In this document: in pieces, positions 8,242 to 16,793 of the stretch | How positions within the stretch are numbered: the first letter of the stretch is position 1 | How the letters are laid out: the number at the start of each line of letters is the position of its first letter | Source: an uncultured delta proteobacterium | Lineage (GTDB): Bacteria > Myxococcota > Myxococcia > Myxococcales > Anaeromyxobacteraceae | Reading direction: 5' to 3' | Assembly (NCBI GenBank): GCA_963828255.1 | Contig: CAWHDZ010000027.1 | Span: 166,526-230,525, forward strand | DNA length: 64,000 nt | The notes under the pieces: generated by a model | What the model was told of the DNA's origin: nothing | Database searches by the model: none | Seen by the model: the letters and a program-made list of their open reading frames with translations, nothing else | Position numbers and translations under genes: made by a program

Positions 8242-9210
8242 CTAGTCGAGCTTCCCCGCCGGCCTGGCGGGTTCACGCGGCTTCAGGATCTGGACCCGGT
8301 TGTTGCCGCGGTCGGCGACGCAGAGCCGACCCTGACCGTCGAACGACACGTCCGCCGGGTAGAGCACTTCCCCGGGGCCATTTCCGGCGCCGCCGAACTG
8401 CCCGATGAGCTTCCCATCGGGCTTGTAGAGCTTGATCTCGTGGCGCAACGAGTCTGCGAGCGCGATCCGGCCCTTGACGTCCACCGCCACGCCATGGGGG
8501 AAGGACACGTTCTCCCTTCCCGCCTCGTGACGGCCCCACGCACGCACGTATCGCCCGCGACGGTCGAACACCTGGATGCCGAGCCCCACGCTGTCGGAGA
8601 CGTAGATGGCGTCACGGGTCGGAGCGATGCCCATGATGGAGGAGAACTCGCCCTTTCCCGCGCCCTTGTTCCCGAAACGAAACTTGAGCCGGCCCCTGGC
8701 GTCGAAGACCAGCACCTCTCCGTTGCCCGAGTCGCCGAGGTAGAGGTTGTCGTCGTCGTCGAGGGCGAAGGCAGTGAAGAACGTACCCGGCTGGGTCTCC
8801 ATGCCCTCCAGCGGCAGGAAGTCGATGAAGTCCCCCCGGTAGCTGTAGCGCCGGATCTGCAGCCGGTCGTTGGAGTCGAGGACGAGGATGCGCCCCTTGG
8901 AGTCGGGCACGGCCTTGATGGGAGCACCGATGCGGCCCGGGTCTCCGAACGAGAAGATCGGCGCCCCGCGCGCGTCGAAGATGCCGATCAGCCCGCGCCC
9001 GGTATCCGCGACGTACATCTCGCCGCTCCGTGCGTCGCACGTCACCCCCGACACGCCCTGGAAGCGCCCCTCGTAGAAGTGGCCGTAGGTGACCACGACC
9101 GGCTCGAGCTCCTCGACGGCGAGCGCGCTGGGGTCGTCGGCGGCCCGGACTGGGCCCGCCGATGCGCCGGCCAGCGCGAAGGCGCAGGCGAGGAGCGGGG
9201 CGAGCCGCAT
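8242..9210 (-). CDS. NHL-repeat beta-propeller protein, secreted
   Basis: Signal peptide; repeated P.GVAVD..G.I.VAD..N.R.Q.F...G..FG..G.G.GE motifs. Confidence 0.9.
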   Translation of the reverse strand: MRLAPLLACAFALAGASAGPVRAADDPSALAVEELEPVVVTYGHFYEGRFQGVSGVTCDARSGEMYVADTGRGLIGIFDARGAPIFSFGDPGRIGAPIKAVPDSKGRILVLDSNDRLQIRRYSYRGDFIDFLPLEGMETQPGTFFTAFALDDDDNLYLGDSGNGEVLVFDARGRLKFRFGNKGAGKGEFSSIMGIAPTRDAIYVSDSVGLGIQVFDRRGRYVRAWGRHEAGRENVSFPHGVAVDVKGRIALADSLRHEIKLYKPDGKLIGQFGGAGNGPGEVLYPADVSFDGQGRLCVADRGNNRVQILKPREPARPAGKLD

Positions 9211-12200
9211 CTAGGTGCCCTTGCGCTCGGGCTTGCGGAGCTCCCTCGGGTTCTCGCCGCCCTCGTGGCAGCGGATGCAGAGTCCGCGGGCCGGGTTGCC
9301 GAGGAGGGTCTTCTCGTGGCCGGTGCCGTGCGCCCCGTGGCAGGAGAGGCAGGTCATGTTTCCCCCGGTGTTGGGGTCGGTGACGCCCTTGCCGATGGGG
9401 TGGCTGAACTGGGTGTGGGTCTTGTGGCATCCCAGGCACAGGTCGTCCTTCGGCTGTGTGAGAAGGGCCGGCTGCGCCGAGGAGTGGGGCTGATGGCAGG
9501 CCGTGCAGCGGCCGCCCGAGGCCTTGAGCGGGTGGATGGACTTGGACCTGGCGAGCGTGTCCTTCACGGCGTCGTGACACCCGAGGCAGACGGCGCGCTC
9601 GTTGTTGCCTTTCACCAGCCCCTTCTCGTCGGAGGCGTGCGGGGTGTGGCAGTCGGTGCAGTCGCCCTGTGCCGCGGCGTGGACCCCCGTCTTCGCCGAG
9701 ACCTCGGTCTTCTTGTCGCCGTGGCAGCGGAAGCAGAGCGAAGGGCTCTTCGCCAGGAGGGCCTGCGGCTTCGCGCCGGTTCCGGCGTGGCAGCGCGCGC
9801 ACGCGCCGAAGACCTTGTGCGTGTTGGAGCGGATGAGATGGGGCTGGTCGGAGCCGTGCGGGTTGTGGCAGGAGGCGCAATCGACCCCGGCCAGCGGGAA
9901 CCGCTGGTGGGCCGTCTGCATCGCCGGCTTCCGCGTGTCGTGGCACTTCAGGCAGAGCTTCTCCCGCGGCGCGACCAGCATGGCCTGGTTCGCCGAGCCG
10001 TGCGGGTCGTGACAGTCGGTGCAGGACCCCCTCTGCACGACGGCGTGAACGTGCTTCGATCCGATCTGCTTCTTCTGCTTCTCGTGGCAGCCCAGGCACA
10101 GGTCGTTGCCGGCGCGAACCAGGTTGCCCTTCGTGTCGGAGGCGTGCGGATCGTGGCACTTCAGGCAGTCGCCCGCCTTCACCGGGGCGTGCGTCTCCTT
10201 GCTCGCGAAGGCCTTCGGGTCGTGGCACCCGAAGCAGAGGGCCCCGCCCGTCCGGACGAGCAGCTTGTCGGCCGTGGAGGCGTGCGGGGCGTGACAGCCC
10301 CCGCAGCGCTCCTGCTTGACGGCGGTGTGGACGTGCTTCTTCGCGAAGGTCTGGCGGGTGTCGCCGTGGCAGGTCTCGCACAGCGCCCGCCCCTTCGTCA
10401 TGGTCTTCGGCTGGTTGGCGCCAGGCTTGGGCGCCACGTGGCAGGAGGTGCAGTCCCGGTTGATGAAGGGGGCGTGGCCCACGCGGCGGACGAGGTCCTT
10501 CTTGTCGCCGAAGTGCGGGTCGTGGCAGCCGAGGCAGGCGCTGCCCTCGATGGCGAACCCGGAGTGGCTCTTGACGATGGCCGCGTCCTTGGCGTCGTGG
10601 CAGTCGAGGCACAGCTCGCGCCCGGCCTTGAGGAGCAGCGAGGGCTCCTTGGAAGCGTGGCCCGCGTGGCAGGCATCGCACGATCCCTGCTTCGCCGGCA
10701 TGTGGCTCGGGGCGGTGGCGCGGGCCAGCCTCTTCGTCAATGCGCCGTGGCAGTCGCCGCAGAGCTCGATCCGGTCCTTCTTCAGGAACGCACTGTCCTT
10801 GGAGCCGTGCGGCTCGTGGCAGGCGGTGCACTCGCGGTTGCGGACCGGGGCGTGGCTGGAGCGGACTCCCTTGGCATCGAGCGCCGTCGGGACGCCGGCG
10901 TGGCACCCGATGCAGAGCGCACCCACCGGGCCGTCGAGGAGCTTCGGCGCGGTGGAGGCGTGCGCGGCGTGGCAGGTGGCGCAATCGCCGCTCGCCACGG
11001 GCGCGTGGAGCTTGGCCTTCTCGTACTTCTTCTTGAAGCCGTGGCACTTCTCGCAGAGCTGGCCCGCCGGAACGGTGAGGAGCTTGGCCTGGGCGGAGCC
11101 GTGCGGCTGGTGACACTCCGCGCAGCGTCCCTCGCGGACCGGGCGGTGCACGTTCTCCCCGCTGAAGGCCTTCTTCTCCCTCTCGTGGCAACCGTAGCAG
11201 AGCGTGGCCGCGTCCTTGACCAGCAGGCGTGGCTCGGCCGAGCCGTGCGGGTCGTGGCACCCCGCGCAGTCGCCCGAGCTGGCCGGCGCGTGGACGGTCT
11301 TGGCCTTCAGCCAGTCGGTAACGGCCGGGTGACACTGGACGCAGAGCGCCGGCGCGGCGGCCTTGAGGAGCTTCTTGTTGTCGGAGCCGTGCGGCGCGTG
11401 GCAGGAGGCGCAGTGCCCCTCACCGGCCGGCTTGTGGGCCTTCTTCGCCAGCTTCGCCTCGACGTCCGCATGGCAGGCGGCACAGGTCTCCCGTTCGGTC
11501 TGGACGAGGAGCTTGGCCCCCTTGCCCGAATGGGGCGAATGGCAGTCCGTGCATCCCTCGGCCGGAGGGTGGACGACCTTCCTCTTGAGGTCGGCGGCCT
11601 GGTCTCCGTGGCAGTCGAGGCAGAGCCCGGGAACCGCCTTGGCGACGGCGAAGGGCTTGCCCTGCACCGAGCCGGCAGGGGCATGGCAACCCGAGCAGTC
11701 GGCGCCCACGGGGTGGACGCTCGCGAGGAGCCCCTTGGCGTCGGCGGACGAGTGCGGCGAGTGGCACTTGACGCACCTTTGGCCTTCGACCGGGTAGCCG
11801 CCGTGGGCCGCCTTCAGCTTGGCGCCTCCGGCGTCGTGGCACTTTCCGCAGAGCGCCTTCTCGTCGCTCACCAGCAGGCTCTTGTGCGGGCTGGAGTGGG
11901 AGGCATGGCATTCGCTGCAGTCCTTGGCAGCCGGCGCGTGGACCTTGACTCCCTGGGTCTGCGCGTTCTTGTGACAGGTGGCGCACGCCTTGTTGGTGGC
12001 CACCCGCATCAGGGCGGGGAAGTCGGACGAGTGGGCAGCGTGGCAGACGGTGCACTTGCCCTTGCCCGACCCCTGGATCGCCTTGTGGACGACCCCCTCG
12101 GCGAAGGACCGCTTCTCCTTCTCGTGGCAGGAGAAGCACAGGTCCGGCTCCTCCTTCTGCAGGACGTTCACGCCGACGATGCCGTGGCGGCGGTGGCAGA

Positions 12201-12471
12201 CCTCGCACTGGTCCGAGTCGCGGAAGGGCTTGTGGACGACCTTGCGGCTCTCCTGCTTGAGCACCTTCTCGTGGCAGGCGATGCAGGGCTTGGCCGGGGC
12301 GGTCTTCCTCGCGGCCTTGGGAGCGGGGCGAACGTCTGCCCCGTATGCATTGCCCGCCACGACCAGCGCGAGGGCGGCGAGCGCCCCCAGGTAGGGCAGC
12401 GTGGTCCTGCGGCTGCCACGTGCGGCGCCCCCGTGGCCAGGATGAAGGTTCGCGCGAGAGAAGTCGTTCAT
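9211..12471 (-). CDS. Giant multiheme c-type cytochrome, 42 CxxCH motifs (paired/doubled CXXCH repeats)
   Basis: ATG 12471 after GAGG; hydrophobic signal; manual count of 42 CxxCH in ~1086 aa, repeating H.P...CxxCHxPH.S...LL...LCxxCH unit. Confidence 0.92.
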   Translation of the reverse strand: MNDFSRANLHPGHGGAARGSRRTTLPYLGALAALALVVAGNAYGADVRPAPKAARKTAPAKPCIACHEKVLKQESRKVVHKPFRDSDQCEVCHRRHGIVGVNVLQKEEPDLCFSCHEKEKRSFAEGVVHKAIQGSGKGKCTVCHAAHSSDFPALMRVATNKACATCHKNAQTQGVKVHAPAAKDCSECHASHSSPHKSLLVSDEKALCGKCHDAGGAKLKAAHGGYPVEGQRCVKCHSPHSSADAKGLLASVHPVGADCSGCHAPAGSVQGKPFAVAKAVPGLCLDCHGDQAADLKRKVVHPPAEGCTDCHSPHSGKGAKLLVQTERETCAACHADVEAKLAKKAHKPAGEGHCASCHAPHGSDNKKLLKAAAPALCVQCHPAVTDWLKAKTVHAPASSGDCAGCHDPHGSAEPRLLVKDAATLCYGCHEREKKAFSGENVHRPVREGRCAECHQPHGSAQAKLLTVPAGQLCEKCHGFKKKYEKAKLHAPVASGDCATCHAAHASTAPKLLDGPVGALCIGCHAGVPTALDAKGVRSSHAPVRNRECTACHEPHGSKDSAFLKKDRIELCGDCHGALTKRLARATAPSHMPAKQGSCDACHAGHASKEPSLLLKAGRELCLDCHDAKDAAIVKSHSGFAIEGSACLGCHDPHFGDKKDLVRRVGHAPFINRDCTSCHVAPKPGANQPKTMTKGRALCETCHGDTRQTFAKKHVHTAVKQERCGGCHAPHASTADKLLVRTGGALCFGCHDPKAFASKETHAPVKAGDCLKCHDPHASDTKGNLVRAGNDLCLGCHEKQKKQIGSKHVHAVVQRGSCTDCHDPHGSANQAMLVAPREKLCLKCHDTRKPAMQTAHQRFPLAGVDCASCHNPHGSDQPHLIRSNTHKVFGACARCHAGTGAKPQALLAKSPSLCFRCHGDKKTEVSAKTGVHAAAQGDCTDCHTPHASDEKGLVKGNNERAVCLGCHDAVKDTLARSKSIHPLKASGGRCTACHQPHSSAQPALLTQPKDDLCLGCHKTHTQFSHPIGKGVTDPNTGGNMTCLSCHGAHGTGHEKTLLGNPARGLCIRCHEGGENPRELRKPERKGT

Positions 12472-12521
12472 GGGGGCCTCGAGGTCAATCTCCTGAAGCT
12501 GACGCACCGCACACCGTTGGA

Positions 12522-14120
12522 TCACTTCGCGGCCCGGGACAGCGCCGCGAGCGCGGCTTCGTCGACCTGCACCTTGGCCCCGGCCCGCAGCGCGTCGGCC
12601 TTGTGGCGGAGCGCCCCGGCGCCGCGCTCGGCCTTGAGTTCCATGGAGAGACGGTGGCGAACCTGATCGAGCGTGGCGCCCTTCTCGGCCACGTGGGCCT
12701 CGCATCGGATGACCCGGTAGCCGGCCTGGGTCTTGATCGGTGCGCTCAGCTCGCCGGGCGGAACGCTCGCCACGACCGCGGCCAGCGCCGGGTCGCCGTC
12801 GGGCTGCCTGACCCGCTCCAGCTCCGCGTCGGTCACGAACCCGATGAGGCCGCCCTGCCTGGCGGTTCGCTGGTCCGTGCTCTCGCGCGCGACTTGGGCG
12901 AAGTCCTCCCCGGACGCGACGCGAGCCGCCAGCTTGCGCGCGCCCTCCTCGGTGGCAGCCACGAGCTGGAAGCACCGCCGGCCGCCTGGCGTCATGAATT
13001 CGCCCTTGCGGGCCTGGTACCTTCCCTCCACTTCCGCGCTGGAGGGCTCCGGAGCCTCCATGCGGAGCCGGTCGGCGTAGGCCGCCGCCACCGCCGCCCT
13101 CTCGGCCTTGGCCGCCGCACGCGCGACCGCCGGGTCCTTCGAGAAGCGCTTCCAGGCCGCCTCGTCCAGAAGCGCCTTGCCCAGCAGGTCGAGCGCGAGC
13201 GTCGTCTTGACCTCCGGAGAGGCGCGCGGAGGTCCCTGGCGGGCACCACCGTGGCCGCCGCCCAGTTCCCTGACCACCTGGGCGTAGGTGACCTGGACCT
13301 TCCCGGCCTTGGCCACGACCTTCGCCCCGCGCTTCCCCGAGACATCGAGGGAGTCGCCGGTCGCCGCGATGGCCTTCTCGTCCACGCCCCCCTTCCGCTC
13401 CTTGACGAGCCCGGCGACGTGCGTCTCGGTCGCCGCCGAACGCGCGTTCAGCTCGAGGTCCCGCCGGAGCTGGTCGTTGACCACGGCGTAGGCCGCCTCG
13501 TCCGGAAGCCGACGGTCCTGGACCAGGAAGACGGCGAAGCCGCCGTCCACGGACACGGGCCCGAGCGGCCTTTTGAGCGGCGCCTGGAAGACCTCCTTCG
13601 TCAGCGCCGGAGCCAGCGCCGAGCGCATCATCCAGCCCAGGTCGCCACCCTTCGCCTTCGAGGCCGGGTCAGTCGAGGTCTTGGCCTCCTCCGCGAAGCT
13701 GCTCCCCTTGAGGATCCGGTCGAGCGTCGCCCGGGCCTCGGCCTCGGTCGCGCGCGCGACGAGCAGGAGCCGCACCTGATCCCCGCGCTGGTGGAACCGC
13801 TCCCGGACTTCGGCCTCCGGGACCTGGATGCCCGGATAAACGACGACCTCCAGGTACCTCTGGACCGCGGCACGCCGGCGGGCAGCCTCGATGGCGGGCC
13901 GTGCCGCGGCGGGGGGCTTGATGCCCAGCTTCTTCGCCTCGCCGGCGAGCACGATCTCCGCGATGAGATCGTCGAGCGCCACCTGTGGCGTGGCACGACC
14001 GCTCACGGCGCGTGCCTTCACTTCGGTGGCGGTGATGACTTCGTCTCCGACCCGGGCGACGATGGGATCGACGGGCGCGGCGGCGAGCAGGACGGCACAG
14101 ACACTCCAGAGCATGGGCAT
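12522..14120 (-). CDS. Peptidyl-prolyl isomerase/foldase with two parvulin domains (SurA/PrsA-like)
   Basis: IVARVGDEVIT; SFAEEAKTSTDPASKAKGGDLGW and DFAQVARESTDQRTARQGGLIGF; LSAPIKTQAGYRVI. Confidence 0.88.
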   Translation of the reverse strand: MPMLWSVCAVLLAAAPVDPIVARVGDEVITATEVKARAVSGRATPQVALDDLIAEIVLAGEAKKLGIKPPAAARPAIEAARRRAAVQRYLEVVVYPGIQVPEAEVRERFHQRGDQVRLLLVARATEAEARATLDRILKGSSFAEEAKTSTDPASKAKGGDLGWMMRSALAPALTKEVFQAPLKRPLGPVSVDGGFAVFLVQDRRLPDEAAYAVVNDQLRRDLELNARSAATETHVAGLVKERKGGVDEKAIAATGDSLDVSGKRGAKVVAKAGKVQVTYAQVVRELGGGHGGARQGPPRASPEVKTTLALDLLGKALLDEAAWKRFSKDPAVARAAAKAERAAVAAAYADRLRMEAPEPSSAEVEGRYQARKGEFMTPGGRRCFQLVAATEEGARKLAARVASGEDFAQVARESTDQRTARQGGLIGFVTDAELERVRQPDGDPALAAVVASVPPGELSAPIKTQAGYRVIRCEAHVAEKGATLDQVRHRLSMELKAERGAGALRHKADALRAGAKVQVDEAALAALSRAAK

Positions 14121-14354
14121 TCCTCAGGGACGAGGCCTTCGGCCATGCATGCAGCATACCGCCTTGCCTGCCGCACAACCGATTGATCTCCCGAGAGTTA
14201 CAAGCGTTCGAAGGGGATCGCATGCACCTCTTGCGCGATCGGTTGCGATGGACGCAAAGTTCGTCCCCCCGTCGCGGACGACCGTGCCGGAGCGGTCCCG
14301 TGCCAGGACGGGACCCACGCCGGAGGAACGAGCTCCGGGTGATCGGTCCTCAGC

Positions 14355-14813
14355 TCAGCGCCGAGCGACCGGCCTGTCCTCGTCGCCCACCGCGTGACAA
14401 GTCTTGCACAGCGAGGTGGCGTCCGTTGCGGCGCCAGGAATGACCAGGTGCATGTGGTTGCCGGAGCCCGCATCGTGGCAAGTCAGGCACGTCACCTTCC
14501 CCCCGGCGAGCTTCAGACCGCTCCTCGTCACGCTGGCGACATCCTTGAGAGGCGACCTGGCGTCGCCCGGGAGGGATCTCGCTGAGACCCGCCTCGCCCT
14601 CGCATCGCCGTAGTCCACGTCCACCGGGTGCGTGCGGTGCGAGCCGGCTTCGTGGCAGGCGATGCAGTCCCGGTCGGTGACCCGTGCGCCCTCGCCGCCC
14701 TCGAGGCCACAATGCCTCCGTGTCGCTTGCCTGTCCGACGGGTTCACTTCCGGATCGACGACGGGAGCGGCGACCAGCACGGCGGCGATCATGGAGGCGG
14801 AAAGCGAGAGCAT
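14355..14813 (-). CDS. Small secreted triheme cytochrome c (doubled-CXXCH family)
   Basis: Signal peptide; CIACH...THPV, VTCLTCH, LCKTCH. Confidence 0.82.
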   Translation of the reverse strand: MLSLSASMIAAVLVAAPVVDPEVNPSDRQATRRHCGLEGGEGARVTDRDCIACHEAGSHRTHPVDVDYGDARARRVSARSLPGDARSPLKDVASVTRSGLKLAGGKVTCLTCHDAGSGNHMHLVIPGAATDATSLCKTCHAVGDEDRPVARR

Positions 14814-14979
14814 GGTAGTTGCTGATAGTGTATGCCGTGCACCAGGACGACGCCAGGATGGCGCTCATCTTTCGGGCGCGTGCGTGGATGTAGGCTCGCT
14901 GGTGACATGACCCTGATCGACAACCCCGGGCTGGAAGCGTTATGACTTGCCTGCGGGTCCACGTCTGGACCCTTGCACC

Positions 14980-16767
14980 ATGCCATCCATGACCGCGTCG
15001 TCCCAGGCCTGGTGGGCCCGGCGCCCGGCACCGCGCTGGCGCGCGCTCTTCCTCGTCCTGGCCGTCTTCGCCTCCTACGCGCCGGCGGTCCGGGGTGAGT
15101 TCGTCTTCGACGACCACGCGCTCGTCGACCAAGCCGAGACCGTTCGCGTACCGCTCTCGGATCTCTGGACGACTGCCAGATCCTCCGACTACTGGCCGCT
15201 CAGCTACACGGTCCTGTGGCTCCAGTGGCGGGCCTGGGGAGACCGGCCCCTCGGCTACCACGTCGTCAACGTGGCCCTTCACGCCGTCAATGCCCTGCTC
15301 GTCTGGCACGTGCTCGCCCTCCTCGGTCTCCCCGGCGCGTGGCTCGGAGGATTGCTCTTCGGCCTCCACCCGGTTGCCGTGGAGTCGGTCGCGTGGATAT
15401 CCGAGCTGAAGAACGTGCTCTCGGGGCTCCTCTTCCTGTCCACGAGCGCTGCCTGGATCCGCCACCGCCTGCACGGCGGAAGAAGATGGTACGTCTTGGC
15501 GCTCGCCTCGTTCCTCCTCGCGCTGCTCGCGAAGACCTCCACGGTGATGCTGCCCGTCGTCCTCCTGGGGTGGGACGTGCTCCGGAGGCGCGGCCCACCC
15601 CGGCGGCGCGAGCTGGCCGGGCTGGCCCCGTTCTTCGCCCTCTCCCTCCTGCTCGGCGCGGTCACCCTCTGGTTCCAGTGGAACCGGGCGATGTCGGGGA
15701 CGTCCGACGCGAGGTCGATCTTCGAGCGGGTCTTCGCACCGGCATGGGCCTTCTGCGCGTACGTCTGGACGGCCTACGTCCCGGTCGGCCTCGCCTTCCT
15801 CTACCCGCCGTGGCCAGTGTCGCCGACGTCTCCGTGGTTTGCGCTACCCGCGGCCGCCCTTGCGCTGGGCGCCGTCATTCTCTGGAGGTACAGGCGGAGC
15901 GCGGGCGGCCCGATCCTCCTCGCGCTCGGGTACCAGGGGGTGATGCTCCTTCCCGTCCTGGGGCTCGTGGGCATCGCCTTCTTCATGTGGAGCCCGGTCG
16001 CGAATCACCTGCAGTACTTGGCCCTGCCCGGCCCGGTCGCGCTCGTCGCCTTCGCGCTGGCGCGACCGCCCGGGAGCCGCTGGCGGGCGTTCGCCACCGG
16101 GGCCTCGGTCGTGATCGTCCTCGGCCTGGGCGCCACGACGTTCGCCCGGGCGCACGCCTTCGCCGACGACTTCACGCTGTGGGAGACGGCCGAGCGCGAT
16201 GCGCCCGGGAGCCTCCACGCCGCCTGGATGCACAGCGTCGAGCTGAAGAAGCGCGGACGGCCCGCCGAGGCGAACGCCGCGCTCGCCGCCCTGGCGGAGC
16301 GGGCCGGCGATCCGGCCACGCGCCACGCCGCGCGCTGCCTCTGGCTGCTGGGGACCGGTCGCCACGCCGAGGCGCTTCCCGAGGCCTTGGCGTCGGACCG
16401 GCTTCGCCACGACCACATCCTCCAGATCGACGTGGGAATCGCGCTCCTCCGCGCCGGGCGGCCTGTGGAGTCGCTCGGCGTCCTGGCCCCGCTCTCGAGG
16501 CGGAACCCCTCCGACGCGGAGTCGCGCCACTGGCTGCGCACCGCCCTCGACGGAGCCCTCGTCGATCGCGACGCGATCCGGGCGCTCGCGGCGTCCTGCC
16601 GGAGGGATCCGGGGGACGGCTGGAGCTGCCGCACCTTCGCCCTGCTGGCGATCGCAGCCGACCGTCCCGAGCCAGCGCGCGCGGCCGTGGCCGCCCTGCT
16701 CGGCCTGGGGGATCACGACCCCCGGGTGACCGCCGAGCTGGCGGCCCTGGAATCCTTGGCCCGCTGA
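14980..16767 (+). CDS. TMTC-like GT-C membrane glycosyltransferase with C-terminal TPR-like helices
   Basis: EFVFDD loop motif, YWPLS, YHVVNVALHAVN, LFGLHPVAVESVAWIS, LLAKTS; many TM segments; helical repeat C-terminus. Confidence 0.78.
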   Translation: MPSMTASSQAWWARRPAPRWRALFLVLAVFASYAPAVRGEFVFDDHALVDQAETVRVPLSDLWTTARSSDYWPLSYTVLWLQWRAWGDRPLGYHVVNVALHAVNALLVWHVLALLGLPGAWLGGLLFGLHPVAVESVAWISELKNVLSGLLFLSTSAAWIRHRLHGGRRWYVLALASFLLALLAKTSTVMLPVVLLGWDVLRRRGPPRRRELAGLAPFFALSLLLGAVTLWFQWNRAMSGTSDARSIFERVFAPAWAFCAYVWTAYVPVGLAFLYPPWPVSPTSPWFALPAAALALGAVILWRYRRSAGGPILLALGYQGVMLLPVLGLVGIAFFMWSPVANHLQYLALPGPVALVAFALARPPGSRWRAFATGASVVIVLGLGATTFARAHAFADDFTLWETAERDAPGSLHAAWMHSVELKKRGRPAEANAALAALAERAGDPATRHAARCLWLLGTGRHAEALPEALASDRLRHDHILQIDVGIALLRAGRPVESLGVLAPLSRRNPSDAESRHWLRTALDGALVDRDAIRALAASCRRDPGDGWSCRTFALLAIAADRPEPARAAVAALLGLGDHDPRVTAELAALESLAR

Positions 16768-16793
16768 AGGGGGGCCGCCCCTCCGGAAGTTCT

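Noticed and set aside
12400..12420. SRRTTL twin-arginine-like motif in the 42-heme cytochrome signal
   Set aside because: Poor match to SRRxFLK, and c-type apocytochromes are normally Sec-exported
14250..14266. GGACGCAAAG, core of GEMM-I (c-di-GMP/cGAMP) riboswitches that control omcS in Geobacter
   Set aside because: Wrong strand for the flanking genes and lacks the upstream GAAA-tetraloop stem; no GEMM motif seen in the OmcS-like 5' UTR either
14291..14305. Sigma54-like TGGCACGGGACCGCT upstream of the PPIase gene
   Set aside because: GG-to-GC spacing is 9, not the required 10
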